Below, piece by piece: positions 40,770 through 53,384 of a DNA stretch of 64,000 nucleotides. The stretch is from contig OX597814.1 in assembly GCA_951406725.2 (NCBI GenBank), positions 201,996,001 through 202,060,000 of the forward strand, in the 5' to 3' direction. This stretch comes from Octopus vulgaris. Its lineage: Eukaryota. Below the pieces are notes generated by a model, which searched no databases, was not told the origin of the DNA, and saw nothing but the letters and a program-made list of their open reading frames with translations. The first letter of the stretch is position 1. Every line of letters starts with the position of its first letter. A program made the position numbers and the translations under genes.

Positions 40770-43060
40770 TCATTATTCAGTTTTATTTCAAGATTTCTTG
40801 CCAAATAGAGAAAGAGTCGGTTTCTAATCTACACCCAAGGCTCCTTTATTGGAATTTCAGCAACATCAACAGGACATTTTTGTATGTATGTATGCATATA
40901 TGCAGATTCGTATGTTTTGTATTCTGTATGTATTCTCATGCATATAGTTGTATATCTAGACATGCTCATATATACAGGGTGTGTAAGATATTTGAGGACG
41001 GATCCATGTTTATAAAAAAACAGCTATATAATAACAGATAACTTTATGTATCAAAAAATGCTACAAGGATAAAAATAAACCTTCTTTTCTATATTGTTAT
41101 TCAATAAAGCCACCTTCAGCTTCAACAACTGCTTCTATCTGAGATTTAAATCATCTACATGCTTGAATTAAGTGGTCCTGGCTTATTTTGGACATTATTG
41201 TGACTATGGCCGCTTTCAAAGAATCTTTGGATTTATGGCCATGTTCATTGACCTCTCTCTCAACAATGCTCCACATGTAATAGTCCAATGGATTGAGATC
41301 TGGGAAATTAGGAGGCCAAATGTTAGGGGCTATGTGATCATGAAACTTTTCAGCCATCCATTCCTGTGTTACTAGAGCCATGTGTGATAGTGCAGAGTCT
41401 TACTGAAACACATATAGTCTTCCAGGGCTTAAGAATTATTTCCAAGACCTCAATGTAGGCAGCAGAATTAACTCTAAGGCCTTGTGGAAAGAAGTAAGGA
41501 GGCATCACATGTCCTTCATTGCTAACAACCCCTAAAACCATGACAGCTGCAGGAAATTTTGTGTGCATAACACTTAGAGCTTCAGAAGGGTCTGCACATA
41601 GCCATCTGTCATTTCTTCTGTTAACTTTTTGATCTTGGTCGAAGTTTTTCTTATTTGAGAAAAACCAAATCAAATCTTCTTCTGCTGGGTTTTTCTGTTT
41701 CTTTAAGTGCCTTTTAGAACTGATGTAGTGATTTTCTTTTGCTTTTTCTGACAAATTGACCTTTCTTCATCATATAAGACTTATATCTGATGTCTACGTG
41801 GACAACATTTCTGACTGTTCCTGACACATGGAGATCTTTTACAATTGATCTCTTGGACTTTCTGGGATTTTAATAAATGGTCTGTTGAACTTGCTGGATA
41901 AATTTCAGTATTCTGATGATTTCAGAGCATTTAGAATGCTTTTTATGCTTTGATACTGATGATAAGTTTCTATCTTCAGTTTCTAACTTCTTAGAATCTT
42001 TGTAAATGAAAGATCTGGCAACTTTTAAAAGTGAAGATATTTCTAAATTGCTATGTTCAGCCTTTATAAACACAATAATAGCATGCCTCTTCATTTCTTG
42101 AGTAAGCTGAGGGTCTGCAATTATTATTTCCTGAAACAAAGATTATACAGAGTTAGCAAAAAATGCAGCAATGACCCAAGAAAGGTATGTCCTCAAATAC
42201 CTTACGTATCCTGTACTTAAATGATAAACTTGTGGAAAGTTTTACAGATTTTTACTTTCCCAGTGATGACTTGGATCTGTAGTTTTGAATAAGCTTTCTC
42301 CTTTCTGGTTTTCAGAAGCCTGATTTTTCAAAGTTGGTATTTAGGCAATGTGTTACATATCCCAGGGCACCAATAATTCCAGGTATAAACTCAAACTTGT
42401 AATCCAGATAGAGTAGCTGTAGATTTCTCAATAGTTCAGCATACGCGTTCTCTTTTTCTGATCTTCAGTTTTATGTTAACATCCGCTGGGAAGCTGAATT
42501 TCACAATTGTATACAGTTTCTTTTTTCTATCTCAAATCATTATACCGGGTCTGTTTTGCTTATATTTTATTAAGGCCTTCACTGGGACATTCCACCAGTA
42601 TTCCTTTTTGTTTTATGTTGCTATGGTTTCTGCCATACTGTGGGTTCCTATTTCTTTATCCTTGGGACTATCCTTTTGATGGATCTAGTTATACAGTGAC
42701 CTATCTACATCATGTCTCATCAATAGATAATACTATGATGATATTTTCAGACAACTGCTTATGATGTGGGTAAAATCTTGAGTGTTAGCTCCTAAAGTCT
42801 GCATCAGTTATCACATTTTACTGCTTTTCCTGCACCTTTGTTCCTTTTGTTCATCAGGTGTTTGGTTGATATTTCTTGTTCTGGGATTGCAAACACATAC
42901 TCTTCTGAGTGAGAGGTTGTAATCTGGTTGTTGGTCCTGCTTTGATGATCAATGTTACTATTATCCCGGAGCTTTCTACTGACATATCCAAGAATGGTGG
43001 TCTGCTGATATACACTCATTCTTTCATCTGATGGTACTTTGCACAATAGAATCATTGACC
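40770..43060 (-). mobile_element. R4/Dong-like (RLE) non-LTR retrotransposon 3' remnant, interrupted by the maT element
   Basis: FAIPEQEI, CRL..THIISSC..RHD zinc knuckle and RLE region; 3' UTR at 40770-40970 is the reverse complement of 43640-43840. Confidence 0.75.
40975..42213 (-). mobile_element. Full-length decayed Tc1/mariner element, maT/DD37D-like
   Basis: TA|CAGGGTGTGTAAGATATTTGAGGAC ... GTCCTCAAATACCTTACGTATCCTG|TA; frameshifted ORFs with NRRNDRW, VMVLGVVS..G and WPPNFPDLNPLDY. Confidence 0.9.
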
Positions 43061-43234
43061 TCTTTGCGATGTGTGTGTGTGTGTGTGCGTGTGTGTAAGA
43101 TATTACCCAAGATACTATGTAGCTACTACTACTACACAAACCGATGTATATATACATATAAATATATATAGAGAGAGTGATAGGTAGATACATACATAAA
43201 AACATACATACATACATACATACATACATACATA

Positions 43235-43840
43235 CATGAAAAGGAATACTGGTTGAATATCTCAGTAACAACCTCAATACAATGTAAACACAAGAGACCT
43301 GATATAATGATTTGGGATGGAGAATAGAAACTGTACAGTTGTGGAAATTAGCTGCCCAGTGGATGTTAGCATAAAGCTGAAGATCAGTGAAAAAGAGAAC
43401 ACCTATGCTGAACTATTGAGAAATATGCAGTTACTCTATCCAGATTACAAGTTCAGGTTTATCCCTGTAATTATTGGTGCCCTGAGGTATGTGACAGACT
43501 GCCTAAATACCAGTCCTGAGAAATTAGGCTTCTCAAAACCAGAAAAGAGAAAGCTAATTTGAAGACGACTACAGAACGAACCCATCATTGTAACTGTAAA
43601 AATATGTAAAACTTTCCAGAAGTTTATCATTTAAATATATATGAGCATGCCTAGATATGTAACTATATGCATGACAATACATACATACATACATACATAC
43701 ATACATACATACATACATACATACATACAAACAAAAATACCCAGTTGTTGATGTTGAAATTCCAATGAAGGAGACTTGAATCTAGGTTAGAAACTGGATA
43801 TTTCTCTATTGGCAAAAAATCTTGAAATAAACTGAATAAT
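43235..43840 (+). mobile_element. R4/Dong-like LINE 3' end (restriction-like endonuclease domain + 3' UTR)
   Basis: RPDIMIWD..VVEISCPVD..EKENTY..IPVIIGAL motif. Confidence 0.82.
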
Positions 43841-44188
43841 GGCATACATACACACAAACATAAATTTATACATACATACGTACATACATATATGTATAAA
43901 TATACATCAATAACACACATAGAGATATGCACATATATGTTTGTGTGCACGTGCACGTTATGTCAAGTTATATATATATATATACAATCAATTCAACATT
44001 AACTGAAGAATTACTCAATATTTTATACTTGAGTGCATTTATTAAACTTTTGCAAGAAAAGGAATGACTTCAAAGTTTTGGATTGCTAGCCTTCGCCAGA
44101 CTCTGTGTGTATGTGTGTGTGTGTGTGTGTGTGTGCGTGTATGTAACACAGAAAAAATCAATATATTTATATAATAGTCAATATCATG

Positions 44189-44281
44189 TCACCTACACAC
44201 GTTTCAATTTCTTACCATCATTCATATTTTACAATTAAAATTGTATTATGAATTTAAATGGTAAAAATCTCTTCAGGGCAA
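44189..44281 (-). ncRNA. Type I hammerhead ribozyme, left arm of palindrome 44146-44505
   Basis: UUGCC-CUGAAGA-GAUUUUUACC..GGUAAGAAAUU-GAAAC-GUGU-GUA-GGUGA. Confidence 0.72.
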
Positions 44282-44368
44282 AATTGAAATATACTGAATA
44301 TATAATGAATATATTTCAATTTATATATTGAACATATATTTTGAATATATAATGAATCTATGTCAATT

Positions 44369-44461
44369 TTGCCCTGAAGAAATTTTTACCTATTAAATTC
44401 ATAATGCCATTGTAATTGTGAAGTATGAATGAAGGTAAGAAATTGAAACGTGCGTAGGCGA
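44369..44461 (+). ncRNA. Type I hammerhead ribozyme, right arm of palindrome 44146-44505
   Basis: UUGCC-CUGAAGA(44374-44380)-AAUUUUUACC..GGUAAGAAAUU-GAAAC(44445-44449)-GUGC-GUA(44454-44456)-GGCGA. Confidence 0.8.
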
Positions 44462-44739
44462 TATGATATTGACTATCATATAAATATATTGATCTTTTTC
44501 TGTGTGCACACTCTCCATTTTCTTTCTGTTTCATTATTAAAATGTTGTTCTCCTATATCAGATAGATGAAGCTGTCCATAACAACAAGTGGAACTTCATA
44601 AGTGTTAAGCACTGATGTCAAAGAAGAACCATCAATAAACACTAATTCTAACACAAATTAACAAAGTCCAGGAAAATGAATTGATATGGGGATAAACCAG
44701 TCTATGCTTGGATGAAATACATCCCTAAGAAAGAGCAAC

Positions 44740-44928
44740 CTCTGCACGCATTTTTTTTCTCTCCGTGTTTCTCTCCGTGTTTCTTTTCTGTGTATCTTTC
44801 TGTTGAAGAGCGTAGGCTCGAAACATAAAAGACTTGTTTTGTTTATATTCCTGAGCACCATACTAATACAATTGTTTGTTTGTATTCCACCTGCCTTCGT
44901 CTTTTGTTTATTTTCATAAAGCTTCCCG

Positions 44929-44930
<2 letters not shown>
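44740..44930 (+). mobile_element. Family G short element with minimal hammerhead-like motif, ending at (TA)n
   Basis: UCUUU-CUGUUGA-A-GAGC-GUAG-GCUC-GAAAC-AUA-AAAGA (44795-44832); relatives near 15585, 47560, 55430 and 59341. Confidence 0.65.
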
Positions 44931-44968
<38 letters not shown>

Positions 44969-45520
44969 GTTCTTTCTTACAAAAAATATAGAACTGCTTA
45001 AGAAGGGCTCGGGTTAAACCCGAGACAAAAGACAGAAATTAAGATATAAGCTCAAATTAGGCAATCATATTCATACAGTTATAAATTCGACTTAAAATGC
45101 ATATACATATATTAATACATATCAACACATATGAATATTTTTAAAGATATTTATAAAATATAGATATATATATAAATATACATAAAATACATGTGAATAA
45201 AACCCATGTGGTATACATATGGATGGAAGTGTGAGTTTAAATTAAAAGATCCATAAAGTTCGATGCCTTTTTTTAAAAAAAATATATAGATGTTATATAA
45301 GATATATAATACAGTTTGAGGAAGTCCACTTTCTATAACCGTTTCCAGAGTTCATGTCCTGGTAGAAACATTAATAAAAAATCTTACAAACCATGCAGAC
45401 AATGATGAAGGGGACATTGTCCGCATGATTTGTATTATTATATTTTATAAGAGTATGATTGCCTAATCTGAGTTTATATCTTAATTCTTATATATATATA
45501 TATATATATATATTTACATA

Positions 45521-46397
45521 TAATTAATTAATAAGGGTGAGAGAATTAGATACTAATTTAATAGTATATTTATTCAACACCAAGTGGCCTAGTGCTCCGA
45601 GAAACCTGGATTATTATAATATTTTATAACATATTATAATATTTTTACAAAATAAATATAAGAGAGTGGTCACTATATTGCTCACTCTAGCACCAGTTAA
45701 TCCAAAAGGTTTCAACCACGAAAATACATGCTTCCCATGAAAGTCAGTACGATTGTTAGCTCACACGGACAGGGCAAATAAAAAATAACAAAAATACAGA
45801 TTATTTTGGGACAATTGTTTCGTTATTAATGAATTAAATGTAATTTTACTTACAAAAAAAATCCATTTGTAGCTCGTCAGCCAAAACTATCTGGATGAAA
45901 TCCACTCAATCACACGCCAGATTTTACCATAACGATAAATACGCGTGTGGTTCAATTGATTACATCCGACGTTATAATTCAAATGCCCCAACCAACAGCG
46001 CGCCAAACTTTCACGGAAAACAAATACAGCATTTAGAAATAAATGCAGCATAATTATAATTAATTAATAAGGGTGAGAGAATTAGATACTAATTTAATAG
46101 TATATTTATTCAACACCAAGTGGCCTAGTGCTCCGAGAAACCTGGATTATTATAATATTTTATAACATATTATAATATTTTTACAAAATAAATATAAGAG
46201 AGTGGTCACTATATTGCTCACTCTAGCACCAGTTAATCCAAAAGGTTTCAACCACGAAAATACATGCTTCCCATGAAAGTCAGTACGATTGTTAGCTCAC
46301 ACGGACAGGGCAAATAAAAAATAACAAAAATACAGATTATTTTGGGACAATTGTTTCGCTATTAATGAATTAAATGTAATTTTACTTACAAAAAAAA
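45521..46397 (-). mobile_element. Tandem 536-bp monomer (~1.6 copies), Penelope pLTR/retrozyme-like, embedded in (TA)n
   Basis: 45521-45861 is almost identical to 46057-46397; contains a hammerhead. Confidence 0.85.
45804..45886 (-). ncRNA. Type I hammerhead ribozyme
   Basis: UUUUGG-CUGACGA-GCUA..UAAC(UAGC in copy 2)-GAAAC-AAUU-GUC-CCAAAA; palindromic stem III ACAAUUGU. Confidence 0.85.
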
Positions 46398-47828
46398 AAA
46401 AAATATATATATATATACATATACATATATACATATTTACATATATATATATACATATACATATATACATATACATATATATACATATATATACATATGT
46501 ATGTGTGTGTGTGTGTGTGTGTATTGAGAATAACAAGGTAGTCAGAATGTTGGATGATTATATATATTTTTATTTACATTTTTAGTGCTTTCTTCTGTCA
46601 TTGGATTTATAAAAAAAGTTGTTTACAGTAAGTTTGCTTTGCCTTCTTATATAAAATTGAAACTGATGATGTTATAGAAAGGGAGAAAGAGGGGAGAGAG
46701 GAAGAGAGAGAAGGAGGGGGATGGAGGGGAAAGAGGGAAACAAATTAGAAAGGAAGTTGTTGGGGTGATAAAAGAAGAGAGAGTGGGAGATAGTGAAGAG
46801 AGAGAAGAGAAAAGAAATTAGGTGTGTTTTGGTGGTTTGCAGAAAAATGTTTGAGAGAGAGGGGGAGGCATGGCTTTTGTATTAGTGTTCCTCAAACTTG
46901 CTTGATTGAATATGCTGTTCTTTCTTTTTTAGTAACCTATTGGGTGGAGAAGAAAAGGAATCTTTTGTAGTGAAGTGGTCAAGGTATTTAATTGGAAGGC
47001 CAGGTGTTGTCTTTGATTTTCTCCAGTAAGAATTATAATCACATATCAAGGTCTTGCTTTTTTTAATTCTTTGTGTGTGAGTGTGTGTGAGTGTGTATGT
47101 GTGTGTGTGTGAGTGTGTGTATGTGTGTGTGTGTATGTGATGGACTCACCCATCCGTTTCGACGGACTCTTTCTTCATCAGTTATAATGCTTATGATGAA
47201 TATGACATTTAAGTCCCACCGACTATTTGCAAAGAGGGCCACAGATGCTGCAAGTATAGAATTACAGGTCAGTGCAGGTGGTATACCTGCAGCAGCTTTT
47301 CCCCTTCACCTTGCACCCCGAAGCCTGTCAAAGTTGGTTGGAACAAAGTTTTGACACAATGATGAGTGATAGATATTCTCCATGTAAAATACCCTTCATA
47401 GTACTCAAGCGGTTTAAACTTGAACATGTAGAGGGGTAAATGTAAGGATAGGCAAGTTAAACAAGTCGATATACAAAAATATATTAAATATATTATATAC
47501 ATAAATATATATATATTTTTCTCTTCTTTATTTATTTATTCTTTATTTTCTCTCCTTGTTTCTTTTGGGGGAAGAGCGTTGGCTCGAAACATTAAAGACT
47601 TTTTCACTTCCTGAGTGTTATACTAATACATCTGTTTGTTGTCTACACCACCCGCCTTCATATATATATATATATATACGTATATATACGTTTTTATTAT
47701 TATTTTGCAATTTACTTAATCATCGGTATATTATTGTTATTTTAATTTTAATATTTCTATTATATGTAATTTTCTAGGTGGTGTAACTTAATTGTTCATT
47801 TTGAATTGATAAAAGGTGTTTTTTTCTA

Positions 47829-47877
<49 letters not shown>

Positions 47878-47880
<3 letters not shown>

Positions 47881-48495
47881 CACGTAAAAGCACCGTCCGT
47901 TCGTGGCCGTTTGCCAGCTCTGTCTGGCCCTGTGTCGGTGGCACGTAAAAGCACCATCCGTTCGTGGCCGTTTGCCAGCTCTGTCTGGCCCCTTGTCGGT
48001 GACACGTAAAAGCACCGTCCGCTCGTGGCCGTTTGCCAGCTCTGTCTGGCAACCGTGTCGGTGGCACGTAAAAGCACCATCCGTTCGCGTCCGTTGCCAG
48101 CCTCGCCTGGCCCCCGTGCCGGTGACACGTAAAAGCACCGTCCGTTCGTGGCCGTTTGCCAGCTCTGTCTGGCCCCCGTGTCGGTGGCACGTAAAAGCAC
48201 CATCCGTCGTGTCCGTTGCCAGCATCGCCTGGCCCCGTGCCGGTGACACGTAAAAGCACCATCCGTTCGTGGCCGTTCGCCAGTTCTGTCTGGCACCTGT
48301 GCAGGTGGCACGTAAAAAACACCCACTACACTCGCGGAGTGGTTGGCGTTAGGAAGGGCATCCAGCCGTAGAAACACTGCCAGATCTGACTGGGCCTGAC
48401 GAAGCCTTCCAGCTTCACAGACCCCAGTTGACCCGTCCAACCCATGCTAGCATGGAAAGCGGACGCTAAATGATGATGATGATGATGATGATGAT
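47878..48495 (+). mobile_element. Young family E copy with a GC-rich 59-62 bp minisatellite
   Basis: CACGTAAAA(G)CACC at 47881, 47942, 48003, 48065, 48126, 48188, 48247 and 48309, then the E body and (GAT)n tail. Confidence 0.92.
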
Positions 48496-48804
48496 ATATA
48501 TATATATATGCATATATGTGTATATATATATATATGCATATATATGTGTATATATATGTGTATACATATGTATATATATTTATACACACACACATACATA
48601 TGCTATCACACAAGTTAATGATGATGCATCTATTTAATAAGTTTGGAAAGAGCATCCAAATCTGCAAATCACATCAAACTATATATAAAAAAGAAGGGTA
48701 AATTATATGCTAAGATGCTTGGAGCAGTTTGAAGCAAAACAAAATGAGAGAATATGAATGAAATGGTCAGAATACCTTTCATAATAGTTGTTCTTGATTA
48801 GTCA

Positions 48805-49207
48805 TGGAGGCACAATGGCCCAGTGGTTCGGGTAGTGGACTTGTAGTCGTGGGATCGTGGTCGTGGGATCACAGTCGTGAGATCACGGTTTCGATTCTGA
48901 GTGTTTATTAAGTGAAAATACCTAAAGCTCCACAAGGCTCCAGCAGGGGGTAGTGACGAACCCTGCTGCACTCTTTCACCACAACTTTCTCTCACTCTGT
49001 CTTCCTGTTTCTCTTGTACCTGTATTTTCAAAGGGGCCAGCCTTGTCACACTCTGTGTCATGCTGAATCTCCTCGAAGAACTATGTTAAGGGTACACGTA
49101 TCTGTGGAGTACTCAGCCACTTACATACACGTTAATTTCACGAACAGGTTGTCCCATTGATTGGATCAACCAGAACCCTCATCGTCGCAACCGACGGAGT
49201 GCCACAA
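48805..49207 (+). mobile_element. Family B SINE, diverged, with a 14-bp triplication in the head
   Basis: GGAGGCACAATGGCCCAGTGG head; GTCGTG(G/A)GATC occurs three times. Confidence 0.85.
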
Positions 49208-50309
49208 CTCGATCAGTACTGATCCTATGTTAAGCAAAAGCAACTTAAAGATTATTTTAGGACTTGAAATAAAACACGAATCTTCAATACTAATTAGCTA
49301 AGACTTTAATAATTCAATAATTCTCTTCCTTGAGGACATGTCCTTTACAGCAAAACTTCATTATAATTCGAGACATAATTAAGAGACCGATACTGATCAA
49401 GAAAGATAAATATAATGACAACAACAACAACAAAATCAAGGTAGTGTTTATGATGGTGAAATGCAATGACATGAATGATAAGGATGCTGACGATGATGAT
49501 GGTGTTCGTTGACAAGAATCAAAGATAGAAAATCCAGTTCCTTTCCAAATGCTAATATCCGCTGATGAAATTCTACAATGTTGTAGGATACACTTCATTC
49601 CAGGATTAATGATACAAAGACTTGCAAACAGCTTGTTAATGCAAGTGCACTCAGTCGAAAACTCTGCATGCTGCTGACGCAGTATGGACACAGGTGTGGC
49701 TCTGTGATAACAGGTCTTCTTTCCAACCACATGGTTCTCGGTTCAGTCCCACTGCATTGCACCCTTCTGCTCCTTATAAATATATCATCTTCCTTTGGTT
49801 GATGGGAGCTGATAAAATATCAGAGGCACATCTGAATGAAGTAATTTCTTTCATATCAACAGGATGTTATATTCTGAAATAGAAAAAAAAAAGAAGCAGT
49901 GAGATAAAGAGAATCGTTAAACGACATAGTAATTCAACATTGCAAATCTTACAACATCAACACTGTCATCCATTTAGTGTCTATGTTTGCATGGGTCAGA
50001 ATCCATTGAGGCATTGAAACTTTTACAACATTCTGTATATAGATGAATCACTCAAATCACTCGATTCATTACTTAATGTCACTTTCTTCCTCACTTCAAG
50101 CGTATCACTACCGTCCCCCTTTCACCTCCAGCGTATCACCCATTTTGCCACAAATAGTTGAAGAATGGTTTCTGAAGCTGTTTCTTTTTAACCATAAATC
50201 CATCTTCCAGAACACACACCAGGCCGGGATCCTGAAGTGAAAGATATAAGATACGGGTTGTCAGATTCAATTTATTTGTCTGTTTCTACTTGGCAAGTTT
50301 TCACTGTAT

Positions 50310-50527
50310 TACTCTTTTACTCTTTTACTTGTTTCAGTCATTTGACTGCGGCCATGCTGGAGCACCGCCTTTAGTCGAGCAAATCGACCCCGGGACTTAT
50401 TCTTTGTAAGCCCAGTACTTATTCTATCGGTCTCTTTTGCCGAACCGCTAAGTGACGGAGACGTAAACACACCAGCATCGGTTGTCAAGCAATGCTAGGG
50501 GGACAAACACAGACATATACACACACA

Positions 50528-50568
<41 letters not shown>

Positions 50569-50730
50569 GACAGGCTTCTTTCAGTTTCCGTCTACCAAAT
50601 CCACTCACAAGGCATTGGTCGGCCCTGGGCTATAGCAGAAGACACTTGCCCAAGATGCCACGCAGTGGGACTGAACCCGGAACCATGTGGCTGGTTAGCA
50701 AGCTACTTACCACACAGCCACTCCTGCGCC
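50310..50730 (-). mobile_element. Family D SINE, consensus-like full length
   Basis: Intact GGCGCAGGAGTGGCTG 5' end and AGTAAAAG tail repeats. Confidence 0.92.
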
Positions 50731-51284
50731 TATGTCTGAAAAGAGGTAAAAATTTATTACAATTTCAAAAACGAAAAACAAAAATTGTAGAGGAAGGCCA
50801 GCAATACGAAAGATCATAAGATATTAAGATAAAAATATTTTTCATGTTAATTCAAATAACATTGGAAAAGATTCAAATAAATGGGAAGAAAAAAACAATT
50901 TATCTAACAAACCAATATAAATACGGAATGGTTAATTGTGGAGTTCACACTATGCTTCAGATACATGGTCACTTTTGTATGACTGAGATATATACATTGT
51001 AGTTAAGAAATCTGATATGTTAAATTTAAAATGCAGAAATCATATTAAAATGATACAGTGAAAGAAAATTCCTTTCGGCAAATTATGGCAGCGAGATGAA
51101 ACCTGATTAATACAATGGATATAGTGACTCGTTAGACAAAATGTCATCACTAAAGCTTTTATCTTTCTTTATTGAGATGTTAACTTAAAGGAAATAAATA
51201 AATAACATAAATAAATAACCCAGCCAGCATGACTCTTTAAGTAATGAATACATCGATGCATTCAAATGTATATATGTATGTATA

Positions 51285-51319
<35 letters not shown>

Positions 51320-52310
51320 GTGTGTGTGTGTGTGAATGTACACGTATATACATACATACATGCACGTTTGTATGTCTATATTCACTGATATTTACAAAGC
51401 CAAGACATATACCTACATCAAACAAGAAATATATAACGGTTATATGACATTGAGTATGATATTCATCTGACAACAATAATGACACAAATCTAATTAAGTA
51501 TAATACAAAATTAATTTCTATTCGTTGTGATGTATTTATGACAAATCATCTTACAGTATTTAGTTACAAATTTTGTTAACCCTTGAGATTAAACTTTGCT
51601 TTTATATATAATGAATAGATAGGCATAAAGTATCCAGTTGGGTCTCGTACAAGCACTCAGTTATAATCTAGGTTAACCAGTCGAAACTAAAAAGATACAA
51701 ATGCAATTGAGAGATGGCTATGCAACAGAAACAGGCGTCAGGCACATTTAAGTCAAATATGGTGTATAATTGACAGTAGAAATAAATAAAGCATGCAAGT
51801 GCATATTTTCGATGTACTCGGTTGGAAAACGGCTGTTTGAAGCTTGAAATTCATACCAGAGTCACCCACTGTAAACAGTATTATTAAAATAAAAATTATC
51901 CCCCAAAAAGCGATCTCTACTCATTTTTTCAAATATATAATATTGTACTAAGAACTTACTTTTAATATTCTACTATATATATATGTATAAGCATGAAGAT
52001 TGGGAGTATGTCGACCCGAGTAAGTATTGAAACTAGAAACCTCGTATGTAATCAATACTGACGTACTTTCATGAAACACGTGTAGTCTTATAAACGGAAA
52101 ATACGGGATTCAGAATATAGTTAGAATAAGATTTAATATTTAACATTTTATGGAGTGCTCAGGTATAAAATCTTTCAGTGTTGATTCAGTTGAAGGTGGT
52201 TTTGTCTCTAAAATTACTTATATATATATATATCTGAGCGTTCAATAACACTATACTTGTTCCAAGTCCTCGCGTTGTTGTGTTTTCTCTTTGTGTTTTC
52301 ATGTTTGGAT

Positions 52311-52396
<86 letters not shown>

Positions 52397-52404
52397 TATG
52401 TATG

Positions 52405-52435
<31 letters not shown>

Positions 52436-52638
52436 TGTTTTTTAATTCTTCGAGACACATTCCGTTGCACAGTCTTTTTTATATACCTAGCGTTTCTCAT
52501 CCAGGTCTTCTTTGAGGAATGACATTCCAGCTGTTATGGGTTGTAAGGGAAGTCACCAGGAAGAGTGTGTTCCCTGGGGAACTCACTGCTGACAAGTACG
52601 ATGTTGATCATTTCGCTTTATAGTACTAAGTTAATGTA

Positions 52639-53382
52639 TTGGGTTGTCCGGAAAGTTCGTGCCGATTTATAGTAGCTTACATTTCGACTTATTTTAGAAC
52701 ATGGTTCAGTCCATAAAGTAGGATTTGACTATATCTCCATTTAGAGCACAGTTTAAGCTATCTTTTCGTGGAAGAAGGTTTATGTTCCTGTGTTAATTCT
52801 GTAAGCCCTTAAAATGGAAGATTTTCGGCACTTGATGCTTTGGGAACCAGACAAAAATTGCTGCAGCTCGGCTGGGATGTGTTACCACACCTTCCATATT
52901 CACCAGATATTGCTCCTTTGGATTTCCACTTATTCAGGTCTCTGCAGAATAGTCTTAATGGTAAAAATTTCAATTCCTTGGATACCTTGATGAATTCTTT
53001 GCCATGAAACCACCTCAATTCTGGGAAGAGGATATTTTCAAGTTAAAGGAAAGATGGAGACACATATATATATATGTATATGCATGAAGATTGGGAGTAT
53101 GTCGACAGGAGTAAGTATTGAAACTAGATACCTCGTATGTAATCAATACCGACGTACTTTCATGAAACACGTGTAGTCTTATAAACGGAAAATACAGGAT
53201 TCAGAATAGATATAGTTAGTATAAGATTTAATATTTAACATTTTATGGAGTGCTCGGGTATAAAATCTTTCAGTGTTGATTCAGTGTTGGTTCATATTTG
53301 GTTGATTAAAAATGTAATGGCAAGTATTTATTGACCTTTTTCTTTCGTTTAAAAATCGGCATGAACTTTCCGAACAACCCAA
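52639..53382 (+). mobile_element. Internally deleted mariner with both TIRs, carrying a ~220-bp insert
   Basis: TA|TTGGGTTGTCCGGAAAGTTCGTGCCGATTT ... AAATCGGCATGAACTTTCCGAACAACCCAA|TA; [26 protein letters not shown]. Confidence 0.9.
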
Positions 53383-53384
53383 TA

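Noticed and set aside
45038-45487. ~38-bp inverted ends between (TA)n runs with ATGATGAAG
   Set aside because: Probably another decayed inverted-pair element, but the core is too degraded to classify.
47878-48325. CRISPR-like regularly spaced repeats (also 28680-29125)
   Set aside because: The spacers are homologous to each other, there are no cas genes, and the array is internal to a eukaryotic retroposon.
49560-49600. CTGATGA followed by a hairpin
   Set aside because: No GAAA or stems I/III follow the hairpin, so it is not a hammerhead.
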